A stretch of DNA of 38,824 bases from Ministeria vibrans ATCC 50519. Its lineage: Eukaryota > Protista > Filasterea. This document shows, piece by piece, positions 12,809 to 26,100 of this stretch (position 1 is the stretch's first letter; each line of letters opens with the position of its first letter). The stretch spans positions 1 to 38,824 of the forward strand of contig CALSCP010002228.1 of NCBI GenBank assembly GCA_943704425.1. The letters run 5' to 3'. A program made the position numbers and the translations under genes. The notes beneath the pieces were generated by a model. That model ran no database searches and had not been told where the DNA came from. It saw nothing but the letters and a program-made list of their open reading frames with translations.

Positions 12809-12857
12809 GTTATTATTGTTATTTATATTTTTTGGTATTATTATTGTTATTGTTATT
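12721..12857. repeat. (AAT)n/(TAT)n microsatellite between convergent 3' ends
   Basis: Directly visible. Confidence 0.95.
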
Positions 12858-12926
12858 GAAGATGATTAGAAAAAGCGGCAACACAAAGCTCTGCAGATTT
12901 CTGAAAAATATAATAATAATATACTT

Positions 12927-14135
12927 TCAATTGTCCAAAAATGTTAGATAACGAGTGTCGGTGATGGATCCAGTGCCGACGTTGTCGTCATAAGAGCGCA
13001 CTGAAATGTCGAATTTGTAGCTCTGAACATTGGACATGTCGGGCTTGTGTGCGCAAGAGCCGTCGTAGAGACGCGGGTCGAGGTGCAGGTCTTCAATGTT
13101 GGGCGTGAAGTAGCCTTGTATAGCGGAGTAGGCACGCTGAGCCGAGTAGATTTCGGCGAGGATGCGACGGACGGGCCACTGGGGATCGCGCGTCGCCTTG
13201 GTTGAGTTGACAGGTCCACGAGCAAAGATGAGGTAGCCAAAACGCTCGGGAATGTGCATATTAATGGCGTACTGACTGGACCAGGTCCAGTTGTCCTCGG
13301 GCTCGTCCTTGACCTTGACATAATTGCCATCGATGACGTTGACGTGCCACTCAACACGCGAGAAGTTAATGCGCCAGCGGTCGCCCTCGCGCGGAGGGAC
13401 AGCAACCGAGTTGTTGAGGGCGAGGTCGGCAAGCGGAAAGGCAATTTCGACGGACCAGAAGACGTTGTGGGCGGAGGGGTCGTTGAGACGGCCATCAATG
13501 TAAACGGCGCTCTTCATGCTGGGCATCTCCCACGACGAGTTGGCGTATCCACCGTTCATGTAAGGTTGGTTGAGGCACAAGTCTACAACGACGGAATAAG
13601 CTAGCATCCCGCATCATCCCGCATCATCCATCACAAGGGTCTGCACACCGACGTACCCCAGGTCGTGTTGCGCGCGTTCATTTCGTACTCCTTGTAGTAA
13701 TGACACGAACCGTCGGGGTTGATAAACACTTCAAAGTCGTTGTCGTTGAAAATCACGCTGTTATGCTCCGTCTCGTTCGCCCAAATCTGCGGCTCGTCAA
13801 TGTGTGCACCAACGTACAAGAATGTGTCGTCAAAACGCATCTTTGCCTACCAAAAAGCAAGCAGAGTGTGAACTTCACCAACCATATCGCGGAAAACGAT
13901 GTACGCGCGTGCGAAATCTGGGCTTGGGCTGGGGCGGCGAGCCTTGGATATCAATAAAGTCGTCGGTGAAGGCGACCTCCTGCCAGACGGCGTCGTCCAG
14001 ACGACCGTCCATGACTGGTGCGGTTTTCGTGAAAAAGTTGACATAACTTTTGGGGTACGTGTCGAAAAGAAAGTCACAGTCGGCGCCGGACGCAGCAGCA
14101 ACTATGGCCGACAAGATGACTGCCACGCAAAGCAT
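12927..14135 (-). CDS. Secreted carbohydrate-binding family 9-like (CBM9-like) protein
   Basis: Three exons. Signal peptide MLCVAVILSAIVAAASG; motifs APVMDGRLDDAVW, IFNDNDFEVFINPDG, YKEYEMNARNTTWDL, WSVEIAFP, WRINFSRVEW, DNWTWSSQYAINMHIPERFGY. Confidence 0.85.
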
Positions 14136-14295
14136 TGGATAAATGAATAAATGTAAAAATGTGAAACACAAAATTGTAATTTTTGAATAAGATGATAAAT
14201 TTACTTTTTCTTCACTTCTTTCTCTCTGTCTCTCTTTCACTCTCACTGGACCAAAAAATGGCCCCACACCCACATGTCCCATTCCTTCTGACTTC

Positions 14296-15489
<1,194 letters not shown>

Positions 15490-15532
15490 CAAAATGAGTT
15501 GAGGCAGGAGTTGAGGGCTTTTGAAAAGAGAG

Positions 15533-15574
<42 letters not shown>

Positions 15575-15723
15575 GAAGGCCCTGAAGGAGCGCACTCACG
15601 CCCCCCGTCGACGGCGACAGTGTCGGCACGCACGCCACCCCCCTTCCGACACGTCTGACATGGGCCCTCGGTGTGCCAACACGAAAACGAGCCACATAAA
15701 AGAGAAAAAAAAAAAAAAAAAAA

Positions 15724-15791
15724 NNNNNNNNNNNNNNNNNNNNNNNNNNNNNNNNNNNNNNNNNNNNNNNNNNNNNNNNNNNNNNNNNNNN
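15724..15791. other. Assembly gap (N run) flanked by poly-A and probably low-quality sequence
   Basis: 68 Ns. Confidence 0.99.
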
Positions 15792-16824
15792 AAAAAAAAA
15801 AAAACTCGCCGAAAGGGGAGTGTGCGCAAGTGGACGGTGGAGTCGAGGGTGGGGCGGGGGGGAGAGAGGCATGAGCGGGCAGGGGCGGCAAGGGGCGCGG
15901 GAGACGGCGGCGGCGGCGGCAAGGTGGGCAAGAGGGGTATGTGGATTGGGAGGGATGTGAGACGAATCTCAGCGAATCTCAGCGACGCGATGAGGATCTC
16001 TCGGGGAATAAGCAGTGCGTGTGCAAAACAATGCCGGAGAGGGTCGCTCGGGAGCGCGCAGGGGGCCAATCGACAGGGTGGACTAGCCCCTTTCGACAAT
16101 GGGTCACGTCACATCACAAGAAAAAAAAGAAAATCGACTCCAACCCAACAGCCCTTCGTACCGCCGACAACGACAAGTTTGTACTCCGTCATAACGATCT
16201 AACTGTAATTGGGGGAAATATAGCTTCTCGGAAGGCGGCGAGCGTTCCACAGAATCAAAGAATAAAAAAAAATTGAAGAATGATTTGGGATTTGGGAAAG
16301 TGGAAATTTTGGTTTTTGTTTTTTGAAATCTCAATCGCTATACGAGGTGCGTTAGAGCCTGTTTGCGCTTAAAACGTATGGCACTGGTCATATTGCTGAT
16401 ACTGAAAAAAGACAGTGAAAGATCCATCACAGATTACGCCAGATTGAGCAAGATTAGTTCAAGGGAAATGATTGTTGTTGTTTTCAAAATATTCTGACGT
16501 TTGTATCACCAAAAATGTAACACCAACAAGTGTGGTATTGGATGAGGAGGTAATGGAAGCGTTATTCATGCGTAGGATCCGAGACACCGTCGGTGTTGCC
16601 CGAATAGTCGGAAAACAAAGCAAAGACAAAGTTAATAATAAAAGGAAAATTAAGACACTCTCATTGCATTGTTCTACAGGGACACGAAAAAGTTGCAAAA
16701 TGCAACTATTCAGACTCACTCTGTCTTGTTTGGCACGCACTGCGCTCAACCAGGACTCACTCACTCTCACTCAACACACACGCACTTCCACTCGCACACA
16801 CGCACGCACACTCGCATCACTTCA

Positions 16825-17837
<1,013 letters not shown>

Positions 17838-18884
17838 GGTGACTGCTTTCTACGGATACCAAGACATGGTCAGTTGGCGTGCTCCGAGGCTGAAATGGAG
17901 AGGCTACACACGCGCTAACACACCCTTTCCTCACGAGGAGACAAAATCGAAAAAAGGTCAAACGCAAAGAAAAACCATTGCAAAACTACTTGAGAAAATG
18001 CCAGAGGACGACCTGGCAAGCAGCAAGACACGCGTCTCACACAGATCCCGACGTGAAAAATCCCCATTCATACACAGGGATCTTTTTTCGCTTTTTTTTT
18101 AATGGTTTTCGGCTGCACCGCTCAAACCGGAAGGGCACGTCCAACGCATGTCCCATGCCAGCTCCTCCACCTCAACGCATCGCCCGATGCCATTGCCGCA
18201 CCTCATAAACACGGTGGCTTTTCCAAAAACGAGTCCGTTTGCCAAAGTTTTTTTTTTTTTTTTTTTGAAAAGTCGCCGACCAACGAAGCTGTGCGTGAGG
18301 GGCGATTGGAGACGGGCGAGACGGCACGGGCGGCACGGGCGACCAAAGAGCGCACTGTTGAACGGGTACGGGGACGAGCGTGCAGCAGTCGCGTGGGCGC
18401 GCGCGTAAGACAGAGGTCGAAAGATGCACACCCAAAGGGTTCGCAAAAAAAGAGGAGAAAAAAAAAAGAATCCCCAGACTCCAATGCAAATTTAGGTGAC
18501 AGACGGATGGCAAGACGAACCTTTCAATGAGCCACACACCGCCAATCCAGTTTTTGTAAATAATTTGATTCAATATTTCAAAATTGTCAATTGAAAATTC
18601 AATTACTGGTTTTTTTAAAGAAGAAGGCATTTTTCAATTTATTATCAATCACAAACGAAACGCGACAACACAAACATGAAACAGCTCAGAGCCACTTTCT
18701 AAGCTATTGGAATTTTTGATTTTTGATAATATTTTTGATGATTCGTTCAGTGTGTCGCAAAGCGGGAGAACAACTGCAAAGAACCAAACCACTCTGCGTT
18801 CTGACCGTTCTCGACACTCAAATTCCAATGCTCCTACCCACGCGCTGCAAAAGTAAATACAAGGCGTTTCGTTCTTTTCATCGA

Positions 18885-20786
18885 TCATACATTTACTTGC
18901 TTGACTGTCTCAGCGCGAATGTATGCATCAAAAGCAGTCATGTCGGGCATGGGGGGATCAAACGAAGCACAGGAATCCTCGATCAGATACGGCGCAAGTA
19001 GAGACTCGACGTGGGATGGCCAGCCTTGCAAAGGCCAGGCATAGACGGAGAAGACTGGTGAGGGGCGACGGGTGCGACACAGCAAATCTGCGTAGGTGGC
19101 CACCGCCGAGTTGGCGTAGACAGCACTGGGGCCTGTGAGGACAATCACTTCAGACCAGGCATCGACAACAAGACACTGATCGTCATTGAGTGTGCGCTCT
19201 GCGAGCGCCTTGGCGGACAGTGGCACCACTGCTGTTGGAGTACCCTTCTGCACACAACACACTGCATCAGAGTCACTCTGCCACCTCCTTCCCTTCTTTT
19301 CGTTCTTACTTGTGACGATGCAAATACGTGAATTCGAGGGTACAAAGTGGTCTCGAGTTGTTCAAGGTTGTGTGCACTACGAAAAACAAAGACGGAGACA
19401 GAGAGAGGAGGAGGAGGAGGAAAGAAACAAAGTGATAGAGAGAGAGAGAATGAAAGAAACAAATTAGTGGTAGAGAAAGAGGGAAAGCAACAAATTAGTG
19501 ATAGAGAAAGAGGGAAAGAAACAAATTAGTGATAGAGACAGAGGGAAAGAAACAAATTAGTAATAGAGAGAGAGAGAGAAAGAGGCGTTAAACATTCTTT
19601 CACGATAGGGCAAAGAAATAGGGTCGCTGCTGACCTGAGAAGAGCACGAGAGAGCGCACGAAGACGATTGGGACATTCGGCGGGAGAAAACGCAGGTGCG
19701 ACAAGCAAGGCAAATATGAGCCGCGGTAAGAGTTGAAGTCGACGATCGCGCGAGAAGGATGTGTCCGCTTTGGGAGGACCACCATCGCTGTAATTGGAGA
19801 GAGATAAAGAGTGGTAAGGGAAAGTGGAGACGAACCGTAAATAATGTGCATACGAGGAGGCTGTGGCAGTCGCCGCTTCGCTGTAGTGAATGCAAAGCGT
19901 GATGAGCCAGTCGGTGAGTAGCGCGCGTGCCTCCCAGCGGCCCACTCGGTCGCACTGCTGCAAAGCCTACAAAATAAAATACAAACCGAAAAGAAGGAGA
20001 GGGGTGAGAATGCAAAAAAAAAAACATCTTGCAAGTAATATACGTGGCAGCTGAGAAGACTCAAAAGAACACTGCGATTGGCAGAGGCATAGAGCTCAAC
20101 GGGAGTGTGAGCAAGACTGTCGACACGCACGGTGACAAGGAGAAGACGGCGCTGCAGCCACGGTCCATCAACATCCGACACGGCTGTCGTGTGGGCAGAC
20201 CCGGAGCGCGCAACAGCACGCGACTGTGTTTGCGTGTAGGCAAACGCAAACTGCATCGTGGGACTGCAAGATAAAAAAAGAGAAAACAAAACAAAAGAGC
20301 AAGTGAACACTAGGAAACGCAACGGAGACGACATACATGTCGGCGATGGGCGTGGACGAGTCGTGCAAGAAGAGACAGTCAATGGCCGTGTCGGGAGCAC
20401 ATCCCACCACGTGCAACAGCTCGGGGTATTCGGGATCGGCAAAGTGCATGTGCCGCTGCTCACCAAACGCCGACTTGAATCCTAACCACAAAAATATCAT
20501 TCGTATCAATACAAAACAACTCTTTTATATCGTCGCCTTGACGTCTTGTACCGGCCGATGTGCGCACGCGAAGAAGGCCGTGGAAGGCGTGTGGAGCAGC
20601 GTACTCGTGGTACACATCATGCGCAATAGACTCGTCGTGGCGCGCCGTCCACACGCGCACCCGCCCACCTGTGCGTTCGCTCAGGCGCGCCGCTGCCGAT
20701 AGTGCCAGCCCTCCTGGTGTGCACCACCGCGCACTCACAATGCAGTGCACGTCAATGCTCACTCCAGCTTCAGCCGATCGTCGTGC
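18885..20786 (-). CDS. Sec23/Sec24-family protein, most like Sec24III (Arabidopsis At2g27460 type); only the C-terminal half is recognisable
   Basis: Seven in-phase exons: AEAGVSIDV..LSERTGGRV..AFHGLLRVRTS..FADPEYPELLHVVGC..MQFAFAYT..LQRRL..LYASANRSVLLSLL..EARALLTDWL..LQLLPRLIFALL..LYPRI..LSAKAL..VVDAWSEVIV..YLIED. These cover the end of the trunk, the beta-sandwich, helical and gelsolin domains. No Zn-finger or 5' trunk exons were found. Confidence 0.8.
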
Positions 20787-20881
20787 CTGCGAAAAAGAGG
20801 AAGAAGAAGAACAAGAGGAAGAAGAAGAAAAGGAAGAAAAAGAACACACGCACACACACACACACACAAAAATAACAAAAC

Positions 20882-20912
<31 letters not shown>

Positions 20913-21090
20913 TGGAGATTCGATGCGCCGATCAAGGCCAGAGAGGAAGAAGAGGAGCAAGAGGAAGAGCAAGAAAATATTATTAATTATTTTATTATTA
21001 TTATTTTTATTTTAATTTGATTTGCTGAGTTTTAATCAATCATCTTTGCTATTCGTTCTTTTCCAATCACCGAAACACGTACAAAACGCC

Positions 21091-23100
21091 ATGGTCCTTG
21101 GCATGGATGACGAAGAGAGGGGTGTTCTGGTAGAGTCGTTGCGCGACGAGGATCGTCCGGCTGATCTCCTCTCTCTGTAGGATTCTGCTTTTGCTGCTCT
21201 CTCGGAGTACCGCCTGTCGTCGTCCGTCGACTCGCTGACTGCAGCAGTTGGCCCCAACAAGGCGGCGCTTGAGAGGTGCCTCTTTCCCCGGTCTTTGTAT
21301 TCATTTTGATGTGATCTTTTTTTTTTTCTTTCCCTCTCTTTTCCTTTCAATGATGTTCAGTGCAATGCGATGGCGAATGCGCGAGCTTGTGCGCGCGCTT
21401 CAGGGCAGCCAAGACGGCGGCCTGTCGAGCTTGGACACGGTTGAGACGCTGATCAACGACGCAGCGGCGTTTGCGTCTGCGGCGGTCGTCTCTGCGTCGG
21501 TCCCTGCTGTGCTGCTGGGCGATGCCTTTGACGCCCTTCCTCTGGCCGTCTGCGCCCAGCTCTTCCATTTTCTTGAGAAGTCGTCGCGCGAAGAGCTTTG
21601 GCAAAAGCTCTTTGATGTGCGTGTCGTGCAGACGGAGATGTTGTTGCACTGCAACGGACTGCTGCGACGACTCAGCAAGACGCAAGATACAGTCTTTGCC
21701 GGGCGCATTCTCATGTTCCTCACCAATGTCTTTCCCCTGTCAGACCTCACGGGGGTCAATCGCATGGGCCACTTCAATGTAAGCAACGTCACCGAGTACA
21801 GCGACGACGCCACCGAGGGTGCTGCCGCCAGCAACGCCGGCGGCAGCGACAGCAACGCGACCGAGCAACTCGACGCGGCCTTCCACGGCCAGTTCTGGGC
21901 GCTCCAGCGCTGGTTCAACAACCCGCGCTTGTGCTACACCGCATCCGAATGGTCGTCCATGGCCGACCACGTTGCTACAGTTCTCGACGCATTCACCACT
22001 CACCGTCTCGAGGATCAACAGCAACAGCAACAGCAACCCATCACCGACGAGCTCGCCTCAAGCGACGACACACTCGTCTGCCGTTACCCCAAATACCTTA
22101 CATCGCGTAAACTGCTGCGCCTCGAGCTGGGTGACGCACACACCCGCCGGGCCGTGCTCGTCCAGCTGCTCATTGTCTGTCACTATCTTGTGCTTCCCTG
22201 CAAGTTCAAAAAGCCCAAAGACACACTCTCCGACGACCAAGCCAAATGGGTCAAAGCCACAAAGGTACAAAATCGATGAAAGGCGTGAAAGAACTTCTCC
22301 TTGATGGTTTTTTTTTGTTTTTTTTTTGTTTTGTTTTGCAGGAGCGAAGTTTTAAGCTTTTGAGTGAGACACCGCCAGACGGACAGCGATTTGCACGGTC
22401 AGTGCGGAACACACTGGAGCGGGAGAGCAGTTGGGTGGGATGGAAGGACGAAGGGTGTCCGTCGTTTGAACGGGGAACAAAGGATGCGGGTGGAAGTGCA
22501 GCGGGTAGTAGTAGTAGTGGTGGTGGTGGTGGGGGAGCACGGAAGCGGAAGCGAGAGGAAGACGGAGGAAGTGGAGGAGGAATGGGCACCGAGGCACTGA
22601 CTCGACTGTGGCGCAATAAGTGTGATGGGGGTGAAAGTGGGATGCGCCTGTGGCTCAAGAACGACACCCAGAACGGAGTGCCTTCGCTCAAAGCGTACTT
22701 TGAAGAGGTTTGTCGTGAGTGTTCGCAATCAGACGACGTACTGACTTTGTTCTTGTGTTCTTGTGTTGTGTTCTTGTGTTCTTGTGTGTGTGTGTGTGCG
22801 TTAGGCTGCAATTCAATTGGATCCTGAGCAACAAGTTGAAGAAGAGTATCGTTTTGTCAACGACGCGACGTTTCGCTGGCGCGCTCTCCGTCTTATTGCA
22901 CGCGTAAGCTGCATATTATTATTATTATTTTGACGAATTATTTCATGTTCTCTCTCTTTTTATAGCGCAAGTTGAGTTTCTTTGAGGGTCCGACGTTTAG
23001 TATGGACAATGCGATTTTGAAGATTGCACAGGAGTGGACTGAAGAGGAAGAAGGAGAAGGAGAGGGAGCAAAAAAAGAAGTGGAAGCGAAAGCGGAGTGA
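21091..23100 (+). CDS. THOC1: THO complex subunit 1 (Hpr1)
   Basis: Motifs CNGLLRRLSKTQDTVFAGRILMFL, GVNRMGHFNVSNVT, FWALQRWFNNP, PKYLTSRKLLRLEL, WVGWKDEGCPSF, MGTEALTRLW. Two short 5' exons (21091-21129, 21181-~21274) splice in frame to 21361; an alternative ATG lies at 21350. Confidence 0.93.
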
Positions 23101-23135
23101 ATGAGTATTATATAAAATTATCAATCTACATTAAT

Positions 23136-26100
23136 TCAGGTTTGGGGACGATAAAGACGCTCATACTCGAGAAGGAGGCGGAAGACGTAGCAACGAACGT
23201 CGGCAACGCGAAGGTGCTTGTTGGTGAACTCGGAGCTCTGTCGGGCAATCTGCTGGGCGAGCAGTGGGTGTGCCTTGGCCCAGTTGAGTTTGGAGCGCAG
23301 GTCGCGCAGGTCAAAGCGCACTGGGATGTAGTGCACCCATGGCCGCAGCTGTTCATTGAAGAACTCGGGGAAGACGGCGGTTGTCTTGAAAACCAGCGAG
23401 TTGCTCATCAGGAAGCCCTTATAGCGTTGACTGTGCACAAGGAAGAAGGTGTTAGTGTGAGTCTCTCGATGAATTTTTGGTGTTTACCTGTATGAGTTTC
23501 CGTCAATGTCAATGAGATAGCGGTGTCGCCAGTGCTCCTCAAACTCCACAGACGGCACAAGGGTCAACTGGGAGCGCATTTCGGGACAGGCATCGCCGTC
23601 GCACTGGAGCACAGCAGTGAAATTGACGTTGGCGTCGGGCCAGTCTGCGACGTGACGGACCATGCGCACACGATGGGCGTTAGTCCACCCTTGTGCGCCC
23701 ATGGCTGCCGGCTTGTTGCGGCCACCGGTGGTCGTGCCGCGCCAGAAAAGATCATCTTCCTTCGAGCCCCATGCAAATTCGGGGTTGTTGTTGCGCTGCT
23801 GGTGGATCTGTCGCTCCATGTCGAAGCGCGAGAACATGTAGTCGGGAAAGAAGAGGTCGCGATGGCACTGGGGGATCTTACAACGGGAGAGCATAGGCAA
23901 CAGGCGGTGGGCGTACGAGCTACTTGCCGGCGAGAACACGGCGCTGTGCGACATGGCCACATCGTGCATACTTGCATACGAGTCTTCGGCTGAGTCAGTC
24001 AAGTCCGTCAAGGCACTTGATTTAGCGTCACCTGCTTCGCTCTCCGTCTCTTCCTCAACACCTTCATCGTTTTCTACGACAGCTTCTTCCGCAGTCTCAG
24101 TGTGAGTGTCGGTCTCTTCTTCTGACTCGCTCTCTTCTGTCTCCGTCTGGGCATTCTCTCCCGTCTCAGTCTCTTCTTCTGACTCGGTTTCTCCCGTCGC
24201 CGTCTGGGCATTCTCTACCGTCTCAGTCTCGGTCTCCTCTTCTGACTCAGTTTTCGTCTCATCAGTCTCGCCCGTCTCAGTCTCGGTCTCTTCTTCTGAC
24301 TCAGTTTCCGTCTCATCAGTCTCGCCCGTCTCAGCCTCGGTCTCTTCCTCTGACTCAGTTTTCGTCTCATCAGTCTCGCCCGTCTCAGTCTCGGTCTCTT
24401 CCTCTGACTCAGTTTTCGTCTCATCAGTCTCGCCCATCTCAGTCTCGGTCTCCTCTTCTGACTCAGTTTCCGTCTCATCAGTCTCGGTCTCCTCTTCTGA
24501 CTCAGTTTCCGTCTCATCAGTCTCGCCCGTCTCAGTCTTGGTCTCTTCTTCTGACTCGGTCTCTCCCGTCGCCGTCTCATCAGTTTCTTTCCCCATCTCC
24601 ATCGCCTCAGTCTCACTTTCCTCAGTTCCAGTCTCCTTCTCATTCTCCACCGTCGTCGTTTCCGTCTCTCCTTCATGCGTACCCTCTCCCTTGGTAGACA
24701 CCTCTCCCTCCGTCACAAGTGCAACCTCCTCCTTTTCCTCCGCTTTCTCCTCCTCATTGTCAATGCTCAGCAAATGTCGTGCCCCTAGGCACAATTAACA
24801 ACAAAACAATTTAAAATCAATATACACGCATCATTTTCACTTTGATGCACACTCACCAACACTCGCAGTGGTTTTGACGCTGTTCTTGCGCGCAGCAACA
24901 GCCTTCTTGACGGCCGCAAGTCCACCTGCCTTCTTCTGCTGTTGCTGCACCTTCTTCGTATTCGACTTCTTGACTGCAGCGACGACCGCTGGCTTTTTCT
25001 TCGGAGTACTAGGTAAAAAGGGAAGCGTGACAGGCTTCGCCTTCGCCTTCGCCTTCGCCTTCGCCTGCGCCTTCGCCTGCGCCTGCGCCTTCGCCTGCGC
25101 CTGCGCCTTCTTAACCGGCAGATGGGGCAGCGGCGCCACAACATGCTTCTTATTGGCCTGGAGCGTGCTCTTAGCGGTGGACTTGCTGCTAGATGTTGTC
25201 GGCGCAGCTGTGTTCTTGGCGGAATTGCGTGCGTGGTTTGGTGCACTGACGACCGATTTCGTGACAGGTTTAGCAACCGATTTCGTGACCGGTTTAGCAA
25301 TGGGCTTGGCGATGGTCTGCTTGTTGTTCTTGAGGGCTATCGGTGCATTCTTGGGCGGCAGTTTTGGAGAGCTTTGCAATGAGGGCTTGGCCTTTGGCGC
25401 AGCCATCGGCGCCTGCAACACCGGCTTGCCTGCTGGCTTGATTGGTTTGGTTGGGACCGAGATTTTGGTGCGAGTCTCAGTCTTTTTGGTTGTTGCAAAA
25501 GCGGTCTTGATGGTGGGTGACACGGGCGCGGCGTTTGATGTGTGAGCATTATTGGTCCGTGTTAGAGTGTGCAATTGCTTCACTGGTTTCGTCTGGGGCG
25601 CTTCCGCGTTGGCGTGTGATATCGTAAGGTGGGAAATAGTATCAGTAGTCGACGAGTGTGACTCAATCTCCGACTCGGTAGAAGCAAGTGATCCGAGTTC
25701 AGTCTCAGATTCTGGCTCGCCCACACGCGCTCCTGCCTCAGTCTCGGTTTCAAACTCTGCTTCCGGCTCTGGCTTGCGCTCAAAGTGCGGCTCAGTAACA
25801 GTGTCAGAGCGTGTCTCAACCTCAGCCTTGCTGTCAGAGGATGCCTGAACCTCAGTCTCACTGTCAGATGACGACTCAACCTCAGTCTCACTGTCAGAGG
25901 ATGACTCAACCTCAGCCTCTGCCTCAGTCTCCGCATTGGTTGCTGCTTCCGTCTCAGTTTCATTTTCAGGTGTCGTCTCCTCTTCCGTCTCCTTCTCTGA
26001 TCCTGTTTCAGCCTCCGTCTCCGTCTCTACCGTCGCTTCTTCTTCCGACATCGCTCCTTCCTCCGTCTTCGCTTCGGTCGTAGCTTCATCCTCCGTCTGA

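Noticed and set aside
15792-16100. G-rich stretch suggesting a G-quadruplex or Pro/Gly-rich ORF
   Set aside because: Directly flanks the N gap and looks like low-quality consensus; no reliable call.
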